Positions 35,052-44,887 of a DNA stretch of 54,614 nucleotides are shown one piece after another. The translations under genes were made by a program, and so were the position numbers. Below the pieces are notes generated by a model. It searched no databases. It was not told the origin of the DNA and worked only from the letters and a program-made list of their open reading frames with translations. The stretch comes from an uncultured Clostridium sp. Its GTDB lineage: Bacteria; Bacillota; Clostridia; TANB77; CAG-508. Where the stretch lies: NCBI GenBank assembly GCA_900556695.1, contig USQA01000001.1:1-54614 (forward strand), in the 5' to 3' direction. Position 1 is the first letter of the stretch. Every line of letters begins with the position of its first letter.

Positions 35052-35591
35052 TAAGTTTTAATTGCAATTTTAAAGTGAAACATAATTTCAAGAATATAAA
35101 TGCTATAACTCAAAAATTACCACAAACTGCAAAATTAATAACAGAAGATGTATTAAAAAATATTAGAGGTTATGCTATAAGGTTGGAAAAAGGTCATAAT
35201 GAAAATGGAATATTAGTAGAGATGATAGATATGTCTACAAAAGAAGTAAAAGGAAGGGTCTATGCAGATCCTTCTAAATTTATGACTGAAAATGGACAAT
35301 CATATTTATGGTTTGAGTATTTTGGAACTCGGACAATATGCTGAGCAAGAACATATAGGAAAAACAAAACACTTTATCGAATCAGGTTATACTGAATGGT
35401 ATATACCTGTAAATAAAGTTGGTAGATCCTTAAGCTATCCAATTATAACTATAAATAAGCAACAGTTTTATGTTGCAATAGGTAGTAAAGCAAACCATTT
35501 TATTGGTGATGCAGAGTTTGAAAGTAGAAATGAAAATACAGAAATAGCAAAGAAAAGATTAGATGAGATGTTAAAGGAGTGTTGTAAATAA
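35048..35591 (+). CDS. HK97 gp10-like head-tail joining protein, frame interrupted at in-frame CGG (35330-35332)
   Basis: Frame 0 reads ...YLWFEYFGT-R-TIC stop. Skipping C35330 gives ...WFEYFGTGQYAEQEHIGKTKHF..., continuous to TAA 35591, restoring the E(F/Y)GTG motif. Confidence 0.7.
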
Positions 35592-35977
35592 TGAAAGATT
35601 TAAGCATAAAAGAGTTTAGCGATTTAGTATATGAAAAACTAGAATCATTAAAGTATAAACAAATATTAACAAATCCAACAACTACAAGTAAATTTCCTTG
35701 TTTGGAATTACATACACCTTTAAAATCTGTAAACAAAACAGAAAATGCATTTCCAATACTTTCAACATTTCAATTTTCTATAACTTGTTGGAATGAAAAA
35801 CAACGTCAAGCAATGCAAATGACAGATGAAGTTGATACAAAACTTCAAGAATATAATCTTACAAGGACAAATACCAGTCCTGCAGTATATGACCCTATAT
35901 TGCAAAAATACGGTATAACAATAACTTTTGAGGTTCGTTATAACTCTATAACGACCTCTTTTAATTTTATAAGATAA
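35591..35977 (+). CDS. tail terminator / tail completion protein
   Basis: 128 aa. Positioned between the connector genes and the major tail gene. Confidence 0.5.
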   Translation: MKDLSIKEFSDLVYEKLESLKYKQILTNPTTTSKFPCLELHTPLKSVNKTENAFPILSTFQFSITCWNEKQRQAMQMTDEVDTKLQEYNLTRTNTSPAVYDPILQKYGITITFEVRYNSITTSFNFIR

Positions 35978-35993
35978 TAAGGAGGAATAAAAA

Positions 35994-36452
35994 ATGTCAG
36001 AACCAAAAGCAAGTACATTAACAAAATTATTTCATGCTGATTCTTTAGCAGATTTAAAGGATTCAAGCAAAAGAAAACAAATAGCTTTTGTACAAAGCAT
36101 ACCAGAATTTTTAAAAGCGCCAGAAGGAATAACATATAGTGCTTTAGATATTCCAGACGAAAGACAAGCTGAAGGAAGACAAAAAGCAGAAAATCTAGAA
36201 ATAGAAATATTATTTAAAGAGGACCAATATGATGAATTAAAAGCTGTTCAAACTGCTAAAACAAATGGATATTGGGCAATCCAATTACCAGAAGAAACAG
36301 CATCAGAAGATGGAAAACCACTAACATGGTACTTTACAGGTACATGCTACATAGGAATGAGTGAAATTGCTATAGATGATATGTTGAAATCTAAATTAAC
36401 AATTTATAGAAGTTCAGAAATAACAGAAAGTAAAGGATTTCCCACAGCCTAG
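35994..36452 (+). CDS. major tail protein
   Basis: 152 aa after an AAGGAGGA RBS. Position precedes the G/GT chaperone pair. Followed by hairpins. Confidence 0.65.
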   Translation: MSEPKASTLTKLFHADSLADLKDSSKRKQIAFVQSIPEFLKAPEGITYSALDIPDERQAEGRQKAENLEIEILFKEDQYDELKAVQTAKTNGYWAIQLPEETASEDGKPLTWYFTGTCYIGMSEIAIDDMLKSKLTIYRSSEITESKGFPTA

Positions 36453-36525
36453 TTCTACTAAATTAAGTGCTAGGAGTAGAACAAGAAAAATAACTAGCAC
36501 AATAGAAGAAAATAAAGAAAATACT

Positions 36526-36552
36526 GAGAAGGCTTAAAGCCTTCTCTCTTTT
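36526..36552 (+). terminator. intrinsic terminator after the major tail gene (partial read-through expected)
   Basis: GAGAAGGC / GCCTTCTC stem followed by TCTTTT. Confidence 0.6.
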
Positions 36553-36569
36553 GCAAAGGAGAGAAAGAA

Positions 36570-37016
36570 ATGATAATAGAAACAAAAAGTAAAACAATTA
36601 ATTTAGTACTAAAAACAAGAAAAATAGTAGACATAGCTAATCTACTAAAAAACAAAAACTTTGAAGAAGCTTTCACAAAAGCATATTCTGTTTTGGATAT
36701 GGAAGCATTATCAAAAATAATATTTAAACTAGCAGAAAATGAAGAAGGAAAAAGTATATTTGCATCATCTGACGAAGTATACGACTTTATAGATGAGTGT
36801 AGAGTAGAAGGAATAACAATAAATGACTTATATTCAAAGATAGCAGAGGTTTTAAATGAAGAGGGTTTTTTCAAAAAGAAAATGAGCAAGAAAGAATTAA
36901 AAGAAATGACATCAAATCCTTTATCACAAATGAATATGAACGAATTGGTTCAAAAATCAGCAGAAAATGCAATGAGCAAAATAGCAGAACAGCAATTTCA
37001 AGGTTACATGGCTTAA
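36570..37016 (+). CDS. tail assembly chaperone G
   Basis: 148 aa. Positioned between the major tail and tape measure genes. Contains the slippery site. Confidence 0.7.
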   Translation: MIIETKSKTINLVLKTRKIVDIANLLKNKNFEEAFTKAYSVLDMEALSKIIFKLAENEEGKSIFASSDEVYDFIDECRVEGITINDLYSKIAEVLNEEGFFKKKMSKKELKEMTSNPLSQMNMNELVQKSAENAMSKIAEQQFQGYMA

Positions 37017-37378
37017 ATGATATAATTATAAAAATAAAAAAAGCATCTAATTTAATAGAGCTAATTTATGCGATAGAACCTTTATCATATTATTTTGATA
37101 TGAAACCATTTGAATTTTGGAACAGTAGATATATAGAAATAAATACTTATTGTCAAACACATCTTATAAAAACAATAGATGACCTTAAACGCGAGATTAA
37201 TTTACAAGAATCTGTAACAAACAAACTAATAAGAGCAGATAGCATGAGTAGAAATCCTAAAATAGTGCCAATTAGGGACAATTACAAGGAACTATTCAAA
37301 GAAGAAGAACAACAAGCACAATCTCCTGAAGAAATAATAAGAAAAATGAGATCTATAATAAAAGCTGAGAAAAATTAA
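36570..37378 (+). CDS. tail assembly chaperone GT (-1 programmed frameshift product)
   Basis: The -1 frame is open from 36860 to TAA 37376-37378. It joins frame 0 at T TTT TTC (36866-36872). Confidence 0.65.
36866..36872 (+). promoter_or_regulatory. -1 ribosomal frameshift slippery heptamer
   Basis: T TTT TTC is in the correct X XXY YYZ phase of the G frame, immediately followed by AAAAAG. Confidence 0.65.
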
Positions 37379-37390
37379 AAAAGTTGTATT

Positions 37391-37430
37391 TTACGACAAA
37401 GTTCGACATTTTTTTCAACTTTTCGATGTT
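37391..37430 (+). promoter_or_regulatory. tandem TTCGNNAAA-type motif, copy 3 (promoter region of the tail-module moron)
   Basis: TTACGACAAAGTTCGACATTTTTTTCAACTTTTCGATGTT, followed by TATAC/TATAAAAT and the RBS of ORF 37466. Confidence 0.45.
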
Positions 37431-37465
37431 ATACTTTTTTATATAAAATAAAAGGAGGTACTCTT

Positions 37466-38065
37466 ATGGAAGAGAAAAAGAAAAGTGGTTTTGCAACTGC
37501 AGGATTAGTATTAGGAATTATAGGGATATGTACATCTATCATTCCAATTATAAACAATTTGTCATTTATATTAGGGATAATAGGAGCAATATTTGCAATA
37601 ATTTCTTTAATAAAAAAAGCAAGTAAAGGACAAGCAATAGCAGGAGTTATTTTATGCGTTTTAGCTATGATTATAACTATCAACTCTCAAAAAGCTTTGT
37701 CAGATAGTTTGAATGAAGTTAGCGCAAATTTAGACAAGGCGACAGGTTCAAATACAGAACAAATTTTAGCAAATGATGCAAATGTAGAGTTAGGTAAATT
37801 TGAAACAACAAAAGATAGTTATGGAATGACTGATACAAAATTGACTGTAAAAGTAACAAATAAAAATACTGAAAAAAAATCTTTTAGTTTTCATATAGAA
37901 GCAGTAGATGCAACAGGTGCAAGAATAAATGAAGATTATGTTTATGCAAATGATTTAGCAGCAGGGCAAAGCCAAAGTTTTGAAATTTTTACATACATAT
38001 CATCAGATAAATTAGAAGCAATGAAAAATGCTACTTTTAAAATTATAGAAGCATCTATGTATTAA
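37466..38065 (+). CDS. membrane protein moron (two N-terminal TM helices, DUF4190-like, plus an extracytoplasmic beta-rich domain)
   Basis: AAGGAGGT RBS. GFATAGLVLGIIGICTSIIPIINNLSFILGIIGAIFAIISLI. Own promoter motif and terminator. Inserted between the chaperone and tape measure genes. Confidence 0.65.
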   Translation: MEEKKKSGFATAGLVLGIIGICTSIIPIINNLSFILGIIGAIFAIISLIKKASKGQAIAGVILCVLAMIITINSQKALSDSLNEVSANLDKATGSNTEQILANDANVELGKFETTKDSYGMTDTKLTVKVTNKNTEKKSFSFHIEAVDATGARINEDYVYANDLAAGQSQSFEIFTYISSDKLEAMKNATFKIIEASMY

Positions 38066-38083
38066 TAATTAAATACAATAAAG

Positions 38084-38110
38084 AACACTTACTTAGGTAG
38101 GTGTTTTTTA
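38084..38110 (+). terminator. intrinsic terminator of the moron
   Basis: AACACTTAC / GTAGGTGTT stem with a T-run. Confidence 0.65.
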
Positions 38111-38213
38111 TATGGAAAAATTAACAGAGAGGAGGAGATGACTTATCACAGTCGAAGAGATAGAAATTATTGTAACTGCAAAAGTAGAAGAAGCATTAAA
38201 AGAATTTGAAAAA

Positions 38214-40811
38214 ATGTTACCAACAATAAAAAAAGCAATGAAACAAGCACAAGAAGCTTTTTCAAAAGTAGATACAAAAGCAATGACAAATAAATTACAT
38301 CAAGCAGTTAATTTTATGAAAAAGAAAATGCAAGATCTAAAAAAGAGTTCTGAAAATAATGAAATATCAATTAAAGTTAATAATAAAGATGCACAAAAAC
38401 AAATAACACAAATTGAAAAAGAAATTGATAGTCTACAAAAGAAAATAACTGGTCGACAGCTAAAACTAGATATTACCAATAATGCATTAGACAAAATAAG
38501 GAATGATACAAATCAATCTGTAATAAAAGAAATGCCAGATGCTGGAAATAAACAAATAACACAAGAAACATATAAAAGATTAGATAGCAATACAAATTAT
38601 CAAAGTTTAGTTAAGCAAAGTGATAAATTAAATAGTGAAATTGAAAAATATAATGCATTATTAAATAGTGCAAAATCTAAAATGGCAGAATTAGGACAAC
38701 AGGCTTCTAAAACTTCAACTACTCAAAATAAATTGAGTAGTTTTTTTGGTGCATTTAAGCAAAAAGTAGAGCAAACAAAACCCAGTATTGCTAGTATGAA
38801 AGATAGTTTTAATAGTATGCCTAAAATAACACAAAACATTACAAACAATATAAAAGGAATGGGAACAAAGTTAAAAAGTGGATTAGGCCATATTTTGAAA
38901 TATGCAGGTGCACTTTTTTCAATGCAAAGTATTTATAGTACTTTAAGCAGTTGTGCAAGTACATGGTTATCAAGCCAAAACGCAGGAGCTAAACAATTAA
39001 GTGCTAACATTGAATATATGAAATACGCAATGGGAAGTGCATTAGCACCAGTTATACAATTTGTGACTAATCTAGTATATCAATTAATGAAAGCAATACA
39101 AAGTGTAGCTTATGCATTAACAGGAGTAAATATATTTGCAAAAGCAAGTGCAAAGTCATATTCTGCTATGGCAGGAAGTGCTAAGAAAGCAAAGCAAGAA
39201 ACTAAACAATTGGCAGGAGTACATGATGAAATAAATAATGTGCAGTCTAATAATAATTCTGATAACGGTAGCGGAGGAAGCTCAGCACCAAGTTTTGATT
39301 TATCAAAATTTGATAATAATATGCAATTTCTAATAGATAAAATTAAAAAGCAATTAAAAGAGCTTTTTAAACCAATACAATATGCATGGAATAAATATGG
39401 ACAGTCGTTAATTGAGAGTATGAAATATGCTTTTAACAGCAGTTTGCAGTTAATAAAAAAGATAGGAAAAAGTTTTAAAGAAGTTTGGCTAAATGGCACT
39501 GGAGAATATACTGTAAGTATAATATTGCAATTGTTAACATCAATATTTAATACTATTGGAAATATTTCAAAAGCTTTTAAAGAGGCATGGGAAAATAGCA
39601 AAGGGATACAAATAATACAAAATTTATGGAATGCATTAAATAATGTTTTATATGTAATATTGGAAGCTCAAAAGGCAATTGAACAATGGACAGCTAGTCA
39701 AAATTTTCAAAATTTTGCAAATTCTATAATAAGTATTTTAGGAACATTATCATATTGGATTGAATTAATAACGCAGTGGATAAAAGGAATATGGGAAAAT
39801 GGAGCTAAAGATGTTTTTACAAAAATACTTGATGGTATATCAAAATTAATAGTTGCAATAGATGAAATATTGAAATTCTTGTCTCCTGTAGTGGAATATA
39901 TAGTTAACAACACAATACCTATAATGGCTGAAATGTGCAAAGCGATAAGCTCAGTAATAGATGCGTTATCAGGGGTTTTGGATTTCATTATAGGAGTATT
40001 TCAAGGTGACTGGGAGAAAGCATGGAATGGAATAAAAGAGTTTTTTATAGGAATTTGGAATGCAATTAATATTTATACGGAGACAAAAACAAAAACAATA
40101 AGAGATATTGTAGTAGTGGTATTTACAGATATAAGAAATTTTATAAGCAACGTTTGGCAACAGGTAACTAATAAAACATCTGAAGCTTGGCAAAATATTA
40201 AAAATAAAGTAAAAGAAGGAGCGCAGGGTGCTTGGAATGGTATTACGTCAATATTTAGTAATATACCAAATTGGTTTAGAGATAAATTTAGTCAAGCATG
40301 GCAAGCTGTTAAAAATGTATTTAGCACAGGTGGAAGAATCTTTGATGGTATAAAAGAAGGAATATTAAGCGGATTAAAAAGTATTGTAAATGCAATAATA
40401 AGTGGAATAAATAAAGTAATAAGTATACCTTTCAATGGCTTAAATTCTGCTTTGAGGACTATAAAAAATGCAGATATAATGGGAATGAGACCATTTGCTT
40501 GGATATCAACAGTTCAAATCCCACAAATACCACGATTGGCCAAAGGTGGTGTATTATACGACGAAACACTTGTAATGGCTGGTGAATATTCAGGAGCTAA
40601 AACAAATCCAGAAATTGTAACACCACAAAATATTATGTACGATACAATGAGAAGAGCTCTTTTAGATGCTGATATTGGAAATGACAACGATACACCAATA
40701 AATTTAACAATAAATGTAGGAAACACAAAATTAGGACAAATATTATTAGATAATCTAAGAGACATTAAAAGACAGTCTGGAAAAGATTTAGAAGCATTAG
40801 TAGGAGGATAA
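38214..40811 (+). CDS. tail tape measure protein
   Basis: 865 aa from the first ATG. Coiled-coil N-terminus and hydrophobic central segments. The frame is open from 38142 with a GGAGGAG RBS at 38131-38137, so the true start may be non-ATG near 38145. Confidence 0.85.
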   Translation: MLPTIKKAMKQAQEAFSKVDTKAMTNKLHQAVNFMKKKMQDLKKSSENNEISIKVNNKDAQKQITQIEKEIDSLQKKITGRQLKLDITNNALDKIRNDTNQSVIKEMPDAGNKQITQETYKRLDSNTNYQSLVKQSDKLNSEIEKYNALLNSAKSKMAELGQQASKTSTTQNKLSSFFGAFKQKVEQTKPSIASMKDSFNSMPKITQNITNNIKGMGTKLKSGLGHILKYAGALFSMQSIYSTLSSCASTWLSSQNAGAKQLSANIEYMKYAMGSALAPVIQFVTNLVYQLMKAIQSVAYALTGVNIFAKASAKSYSAMAGSAKKAKQETKQLAGVHDEINNVQSNNNSDNGSGGSSAPSFDLSKFDNNMQFLIDKIKKQLKELFKPIQYAWNKYGQSLIESMKYAFNSSLQLIKKIGKSFKEVWLNGTGEYTVSIILQLLTSIFNTIGNISKAFKEAWENSKGIQIIQNLWNALNNVLYVILEAQKAIEQWTASQNFQNFANSIISILGTLSYWIELITQWIKGIWENGAKDVFTKILDGISKLIVAIDEILKFLSPVVEYIVNNTIPIMAEMCKAISSVIDALSGVLDFIIGVFQGDWEKAWNGIKEFFIGIWNAINIYTETKTKTIRDIVVVVFTDIRNFISNVWQQVTNKTSEAWQNIKNKVKEGAQGAWNGITSIFSNIPNWFRDKFSQAWQAVKNVFSTGGRIFDGIKEGILSGLKSIVNAIISGINKVISIPFNGLNSALRTIKNADIMGMRPFAWISTVQIPQIPRLAKGGVLYDETLVMAGEYSGAKTNPEIVTPQNIMYDTMRRALLDADIGNDNDTPINLTINVGNTKLGQILLDNLRDIKRQSGKDLEALVGG

Positions 40812-40814
40812 AAT

Positions 40815-41237
40815 ATGGTATGGAAAGAACATGGAAAAACAGAAAGCTTACCAACACCTAGCACATATAGCGCAGATGTAGAAGATACTGACAAAGATAG
40901 TTATTCAAGCGCAGTAGATGGCTCTCTTATAGATAATCCAATTGCGGTTGGATTACTAAAACTTTCAATGAGCTGGGATCTAAACTCAGAGGCTGAAGCT
41001 GAAGCATTAATTCAAAAAACATATAAGAACCCACTTATTTTAGATGTAAAAGTACCAGTTATTAATGGTGGATTTTTAGAAGGAGCAAAATTTAGAGTTT
41101 CAAAAAGAAAAGTAGAAATGATAGATACAGAATTAAATACGAACACTTCTAAAACAAGGTGGAAGTGTTCTTTTAATTTGATGCAAAAAGAATTGACACA
41201 AGCACAAAAAACAGCGGTAGAGGGGGCAAATAGTTAA
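40815..41237 (+). CDS. small tail protein (distal-tail-like, uncertain)
   Basis: 140 aa directly after the tape measure gene. Confidence 0.45.
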   Translation: MVWKEHGKTESLPTPSTYSADVEDTDKDSYSSAVDGSLIDNPIAVGLLKLSMSWDLNSEAEAEALIQKTYKNPLILDVKVPVINGGFLEGAKFRVSKRKVEMIDTELNTNTSKTRWKCSFNLMQKELTQAQKTAVEGANS

Positions 41238-44069
41238 TGTATGATACAAGTGATGATTATAAAACTAAAATATATAATACAATACATTCATTAAAGGTAT
41301 ATATAAATGATATTGAAGTAGACTCTAAATATATATTAGATTGCAAACCTTCTAAGCCGTTATTCACCAATAATGAATTTGAATTAGGCTCTGTAATATC
41401 ACAAGTAGTTGAATTGAAATTATATAAAACAGTAGTTCCAAATATTATTAACAAAGTAGAAATTAAAAGTGGAATTTCAGGAGAAATAATACCAATAGGT
41501 GTTTTTAATATAGAAGATATTAGCAAAGATGACGATTATACAGTATCACTAAAGTTATTAGACAATATGATTAAATTTGAATTTAATTATGATGGCAGTA
41601 AATTAACATATCCAGTAACTTTATTAACTGTATTGCAAGACATATGTTCCAAAGCGGAAGTAGAACTTGGTTCTACTTCTTTTTTAAATATGAATAAAGA
41701 AGTAGCAGTATATGACAATACCGTATCTGCAAGAACATATTTAAGCTATATTGCTGAAAGTGCAGGTGGTTTTGCTTGCATAGGAAGAGATGGAAAACTA
41801 TACATAAAAACAATAGGTGGAAATACGACAGAACTACCACTTAAATATTTTCAAAATTTTAAATGGGGAGAAAAATTCAAAGTTAGTCGTGTTAGATATG
41901 AAGACGGAGTTCAATTATTTGAAAAGGGAAATACAACGGATAATACAGTATATATAAATCCAGATAATATGTATATAGTAGATCAAGAACAAATAGACAA
42001 TATATACGATGCTTTGGAACAATTAGAAGTTTACAGTTTTGAAGGAGATAGCATTATTGACCCAGCAATCGATGTTGGAGATATATTATTAATTGGCAAT
42101 AAAAAGGTAATATATCAAGGAACGATGCAATTTATGGGAAGATGGAAAGCAAATGTAAGTAGTAAGATACAAAGTAAAAATAAGGAAGAGACAACAGTTA
42201 GAAAGCCTTCACAAAAAACAATAAATAGAAGAGTGCAAAGCCAAATGGACCAGACAGAAGGAAAAATAACTCAATTAATAGAAGAAACAACAGAACAAAG
42301 TCAAAAAATAACAGAAGTTGAACAAACAATAGAAGGAATATCTCAAAAAGTAGAAAATATTCAAGATTTCACAAAAGAGAAAACACAAAATGAAAATCTA
42401 TATATAGAAGATATTGCAGAAGGAGAAGGTTACATACTAAAATTTATCGTATATGGAAATACAGAACTTTTTAAAACCAAAGACATTACAATATGCGCAA
42501 GTCAAAATGGAAGAGGTTATGGAGAAGCAATATACTTATTAACAGAAGATGGAGAAGAATTATTAACAGAAGATAGTCAACAATTTATTATAGGAGAAGG
42601 TGCGTATTATTTAAAGTCATTAAAAATAACATTAGATGATTATTTAAGGAGCCTAACAAAAGATGGAAAAGAGTATTATGACACTTTAGAAATAGAACAA
42701 GATGGAACTATAAAAGTAATTAGAAGAATTGGAATAAACGAACAAGGTGGATTATACGTATTAGCAAAAGAAACTGAAACAGTACTTAAAGATAAAATAT
42801 TACTTCCTTCACAAAAAGACACAGGAACTTATTATTTTGTAAAAGAAGTACAAGGACTCAATTATTATGCACAATATATAATTGAAAACGATTACTCAAA
42901 AACATTTTTAACGAAATTAGAATTAGGAACTAAAATAGAACAGAATACAGAGGCAGTTAAAGTTGCATGGAATCAAATATCAGATTTTATACAAATGATG
43001 ATAATAGACAACAATGCAAGTTTTGCAGTATTAGATAAAGATAAAAAAGTGATGATGTCATTAGACAAAACAGGACAACACTTTTATAAAGACGGAACGG
43101 AAATATTTCGGTGAAATGGGAGTGCAAACTGTAAATAATAATAAGTTTATTGCTTTTTCGGTAGATGGAGAATACGAATCTGATATATCGAATGGTATGG
43201 CATGGGGAATAAAAACTAAAAGTGATAATCAATTTTATCCTATTTTTTATATAAAGAATTTTTCAATTGGACCTAAAAATAGTGATGGGGGTTATGGAGA
43301 GTTAGTATTGTCTGCTTGTGATATTGTTTTAGATGGTCTTGGAACAGGAATCCTAAGCGGAAATGTTAAGATATGGGGAGACCCTGCTACTGAAAAACTA
43401 TATTTTCAAGATATATTAAATAATCATCTGTTAATGACAGTAACGCCAGATAGTGGTGCTGAATACGGAATAACTATTTTAGATAAAATAAAATTTTTTG
43501 CTAACCAAGCTGGAAGTAATTCTTTAAAAATAGGAGATGGTGATAATAATCGTTGCTTATTTACCGATGATGGTTATATATATGCAAACAATATAGATTG
43601 CAACAATTTGCATTGCGATAATTTTCCGCTAATAATAAATGAAAGCATTGACTATATTAATGGTGCAGCTGATAATTATATTTCATTATTGTTTAAAGAC
43701 GGAGGACATGTTTACGTATATGCTAGTAATTCTGATAAAAACTTAAAGAAAAACATAAAAAATAGTTCGGCAAAAGCTATAGAAGTTATAAAGAAAATAA
43801 GGCATGTTGCGTTTAATTGGAAATCTAACAATAAATACCAAGAAATAGGGTATATAGCACAAGAAATGAAAGAAATAGATGAAAATTTCACACGTTATAA
43901 CAAGTTTAAAACACCAGAAGGCGAAAAGGAAGATTGGCAAATTAATACTTTAGCTGTTTTAGCTACTGCAACAAAAGCAATTCAAGAACAACAAGAAGAA
44001 ATAGAAAATTTAAAAGCTATAATAAATAAACAGCAAGAGCAAATAAATCAAATTTTAGGAGGAGAATAA
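41237..44069 (+). CDS. large tail/baseplate protein with C-terminal S74-type intramolecular chaperone domain, frame interrupted at in-frame CGG (43109-43111)
   Basis: Frame 0 reads ...KDGTEIF-R-stop. Skipping C43109 gives ...GTEIFGEMGVQTVNNNKF..., joining the 625-aa and 317-aa ORFs. C-terminal NSDKNLKKNI...IGYIAQEMKEI plus a coiled coil is typical of the endosialidase-chaperone domain. Confidence 0.7.
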
Positions 44070-44561
44070 ATGGGAGTTAAAATAAGTGAATTACAAGAGA
44101 AAACATCAACAAATGATACAGACGTATTACCAATAGTTGATGCAATGGGCGGAACAAAAAAAATAACAGTACCTAATTTGTTAAAAAAATTAACAGAAAG
44201 CATTTCAAATATAGGAGGAAAAGTAACAAACTTAACAACATATTCAACAGAAGAAGTAAAAACAGGAGAAACTTGGATAGATGGAAAACCAATTTATAGA
44301 AAAGTATTTAATTTTACAGTGTCAGACACAAATGAAAACTTAATACCACACAATATTCAAAATGTAAGTAATATATGGTTAGGGAATAAAAGTTATATAC
44401 TTTCAGGAAGTAATCATATTCCAGTAAATCATTATAGAGATAGTGGTACTTTTGTATGGACACTTGTAAACAATACTAGTATACGTATAAAAATAGGGGC
44501 TAATGCATGGACAAACAAACCAATATATATAAATTTAGAATACACAAAAACAACAGATTAG
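44070..44561 (+). CDS. tail fibre / receptor-binding protein
   Basis: 163 aa. N-terminus MGVKISELQEKTSTNDTDVLPIVDAMGGTKKITV is the usual tail-fibre adaptor motif. Confidence 0.55.
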   Translation: MGVKISELQEKTSTNDTDVLPIVDAMGGTKKITVPNLLKKLTESISNIGGKVTNLTTYSTEEVKTGETWIDGKPIYRKVFNFTVSDTNENLIPHNIQNVSNIWLGNKSYILSGSNHIPVNHYRDSGTFVWTLVNNTSIRIKIGANAWTNKPIYINLEYTKTTD

Positions 44562-44575
44562 AGAAAGGAGAAAAA

Positions 44576-44887
44576 ATGGAAACTATGTTAGAAATGCTAA
44601 GCAAATTTGGAGTTTCGCTAGTTATAGTGGGACTTTTTTTGTATGATTGGCTTACAACGAGAAAAGACATGCAAAAAACATTAAAGCAGAATAGTGTATG
44701 CTTAGAAGAAATAAAAAACATAAACGCAACAAATGCTGAAACTAATAGGAATACAGCTAAGTCTTTAGAACTTTTGCAATCAAGCATGGATACGCAAAAG
44801 GAATTTCTCTTTCAGCACGATAAAAGGTGCGAAAGTATCGAAAAAAGCATTGAAAAAATAAATTTAAAAATGGAGGTGTCAAGATGA
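44576..44887 (+). CDS. BhlA/UviB-family holin-like protein
   Basis: AAAGGAG RBS then ATG 44576. One N-terminal TM helix (FGVSLVIVGLFLYDWL) followed by a coiled coil. Overlaps the endolysin start. Confidence 0.65.
   Translation: METMLEMLSKFGVSLVIVGLFLYDWLTTRKDMQKTLKQNSVCLEEIKNINATNAETNRNTAKSLELLQSSMDTQKEFLFQHDKRCESIEKSIEKINLKMEVSR

Noticed and set aside
38138-38209. ATG at 38138 as the tape measure start.
   Set aside because: It is out of frame with the tape measure ORF, abuts the RBS with no spacing, and terminates after 23 codons.
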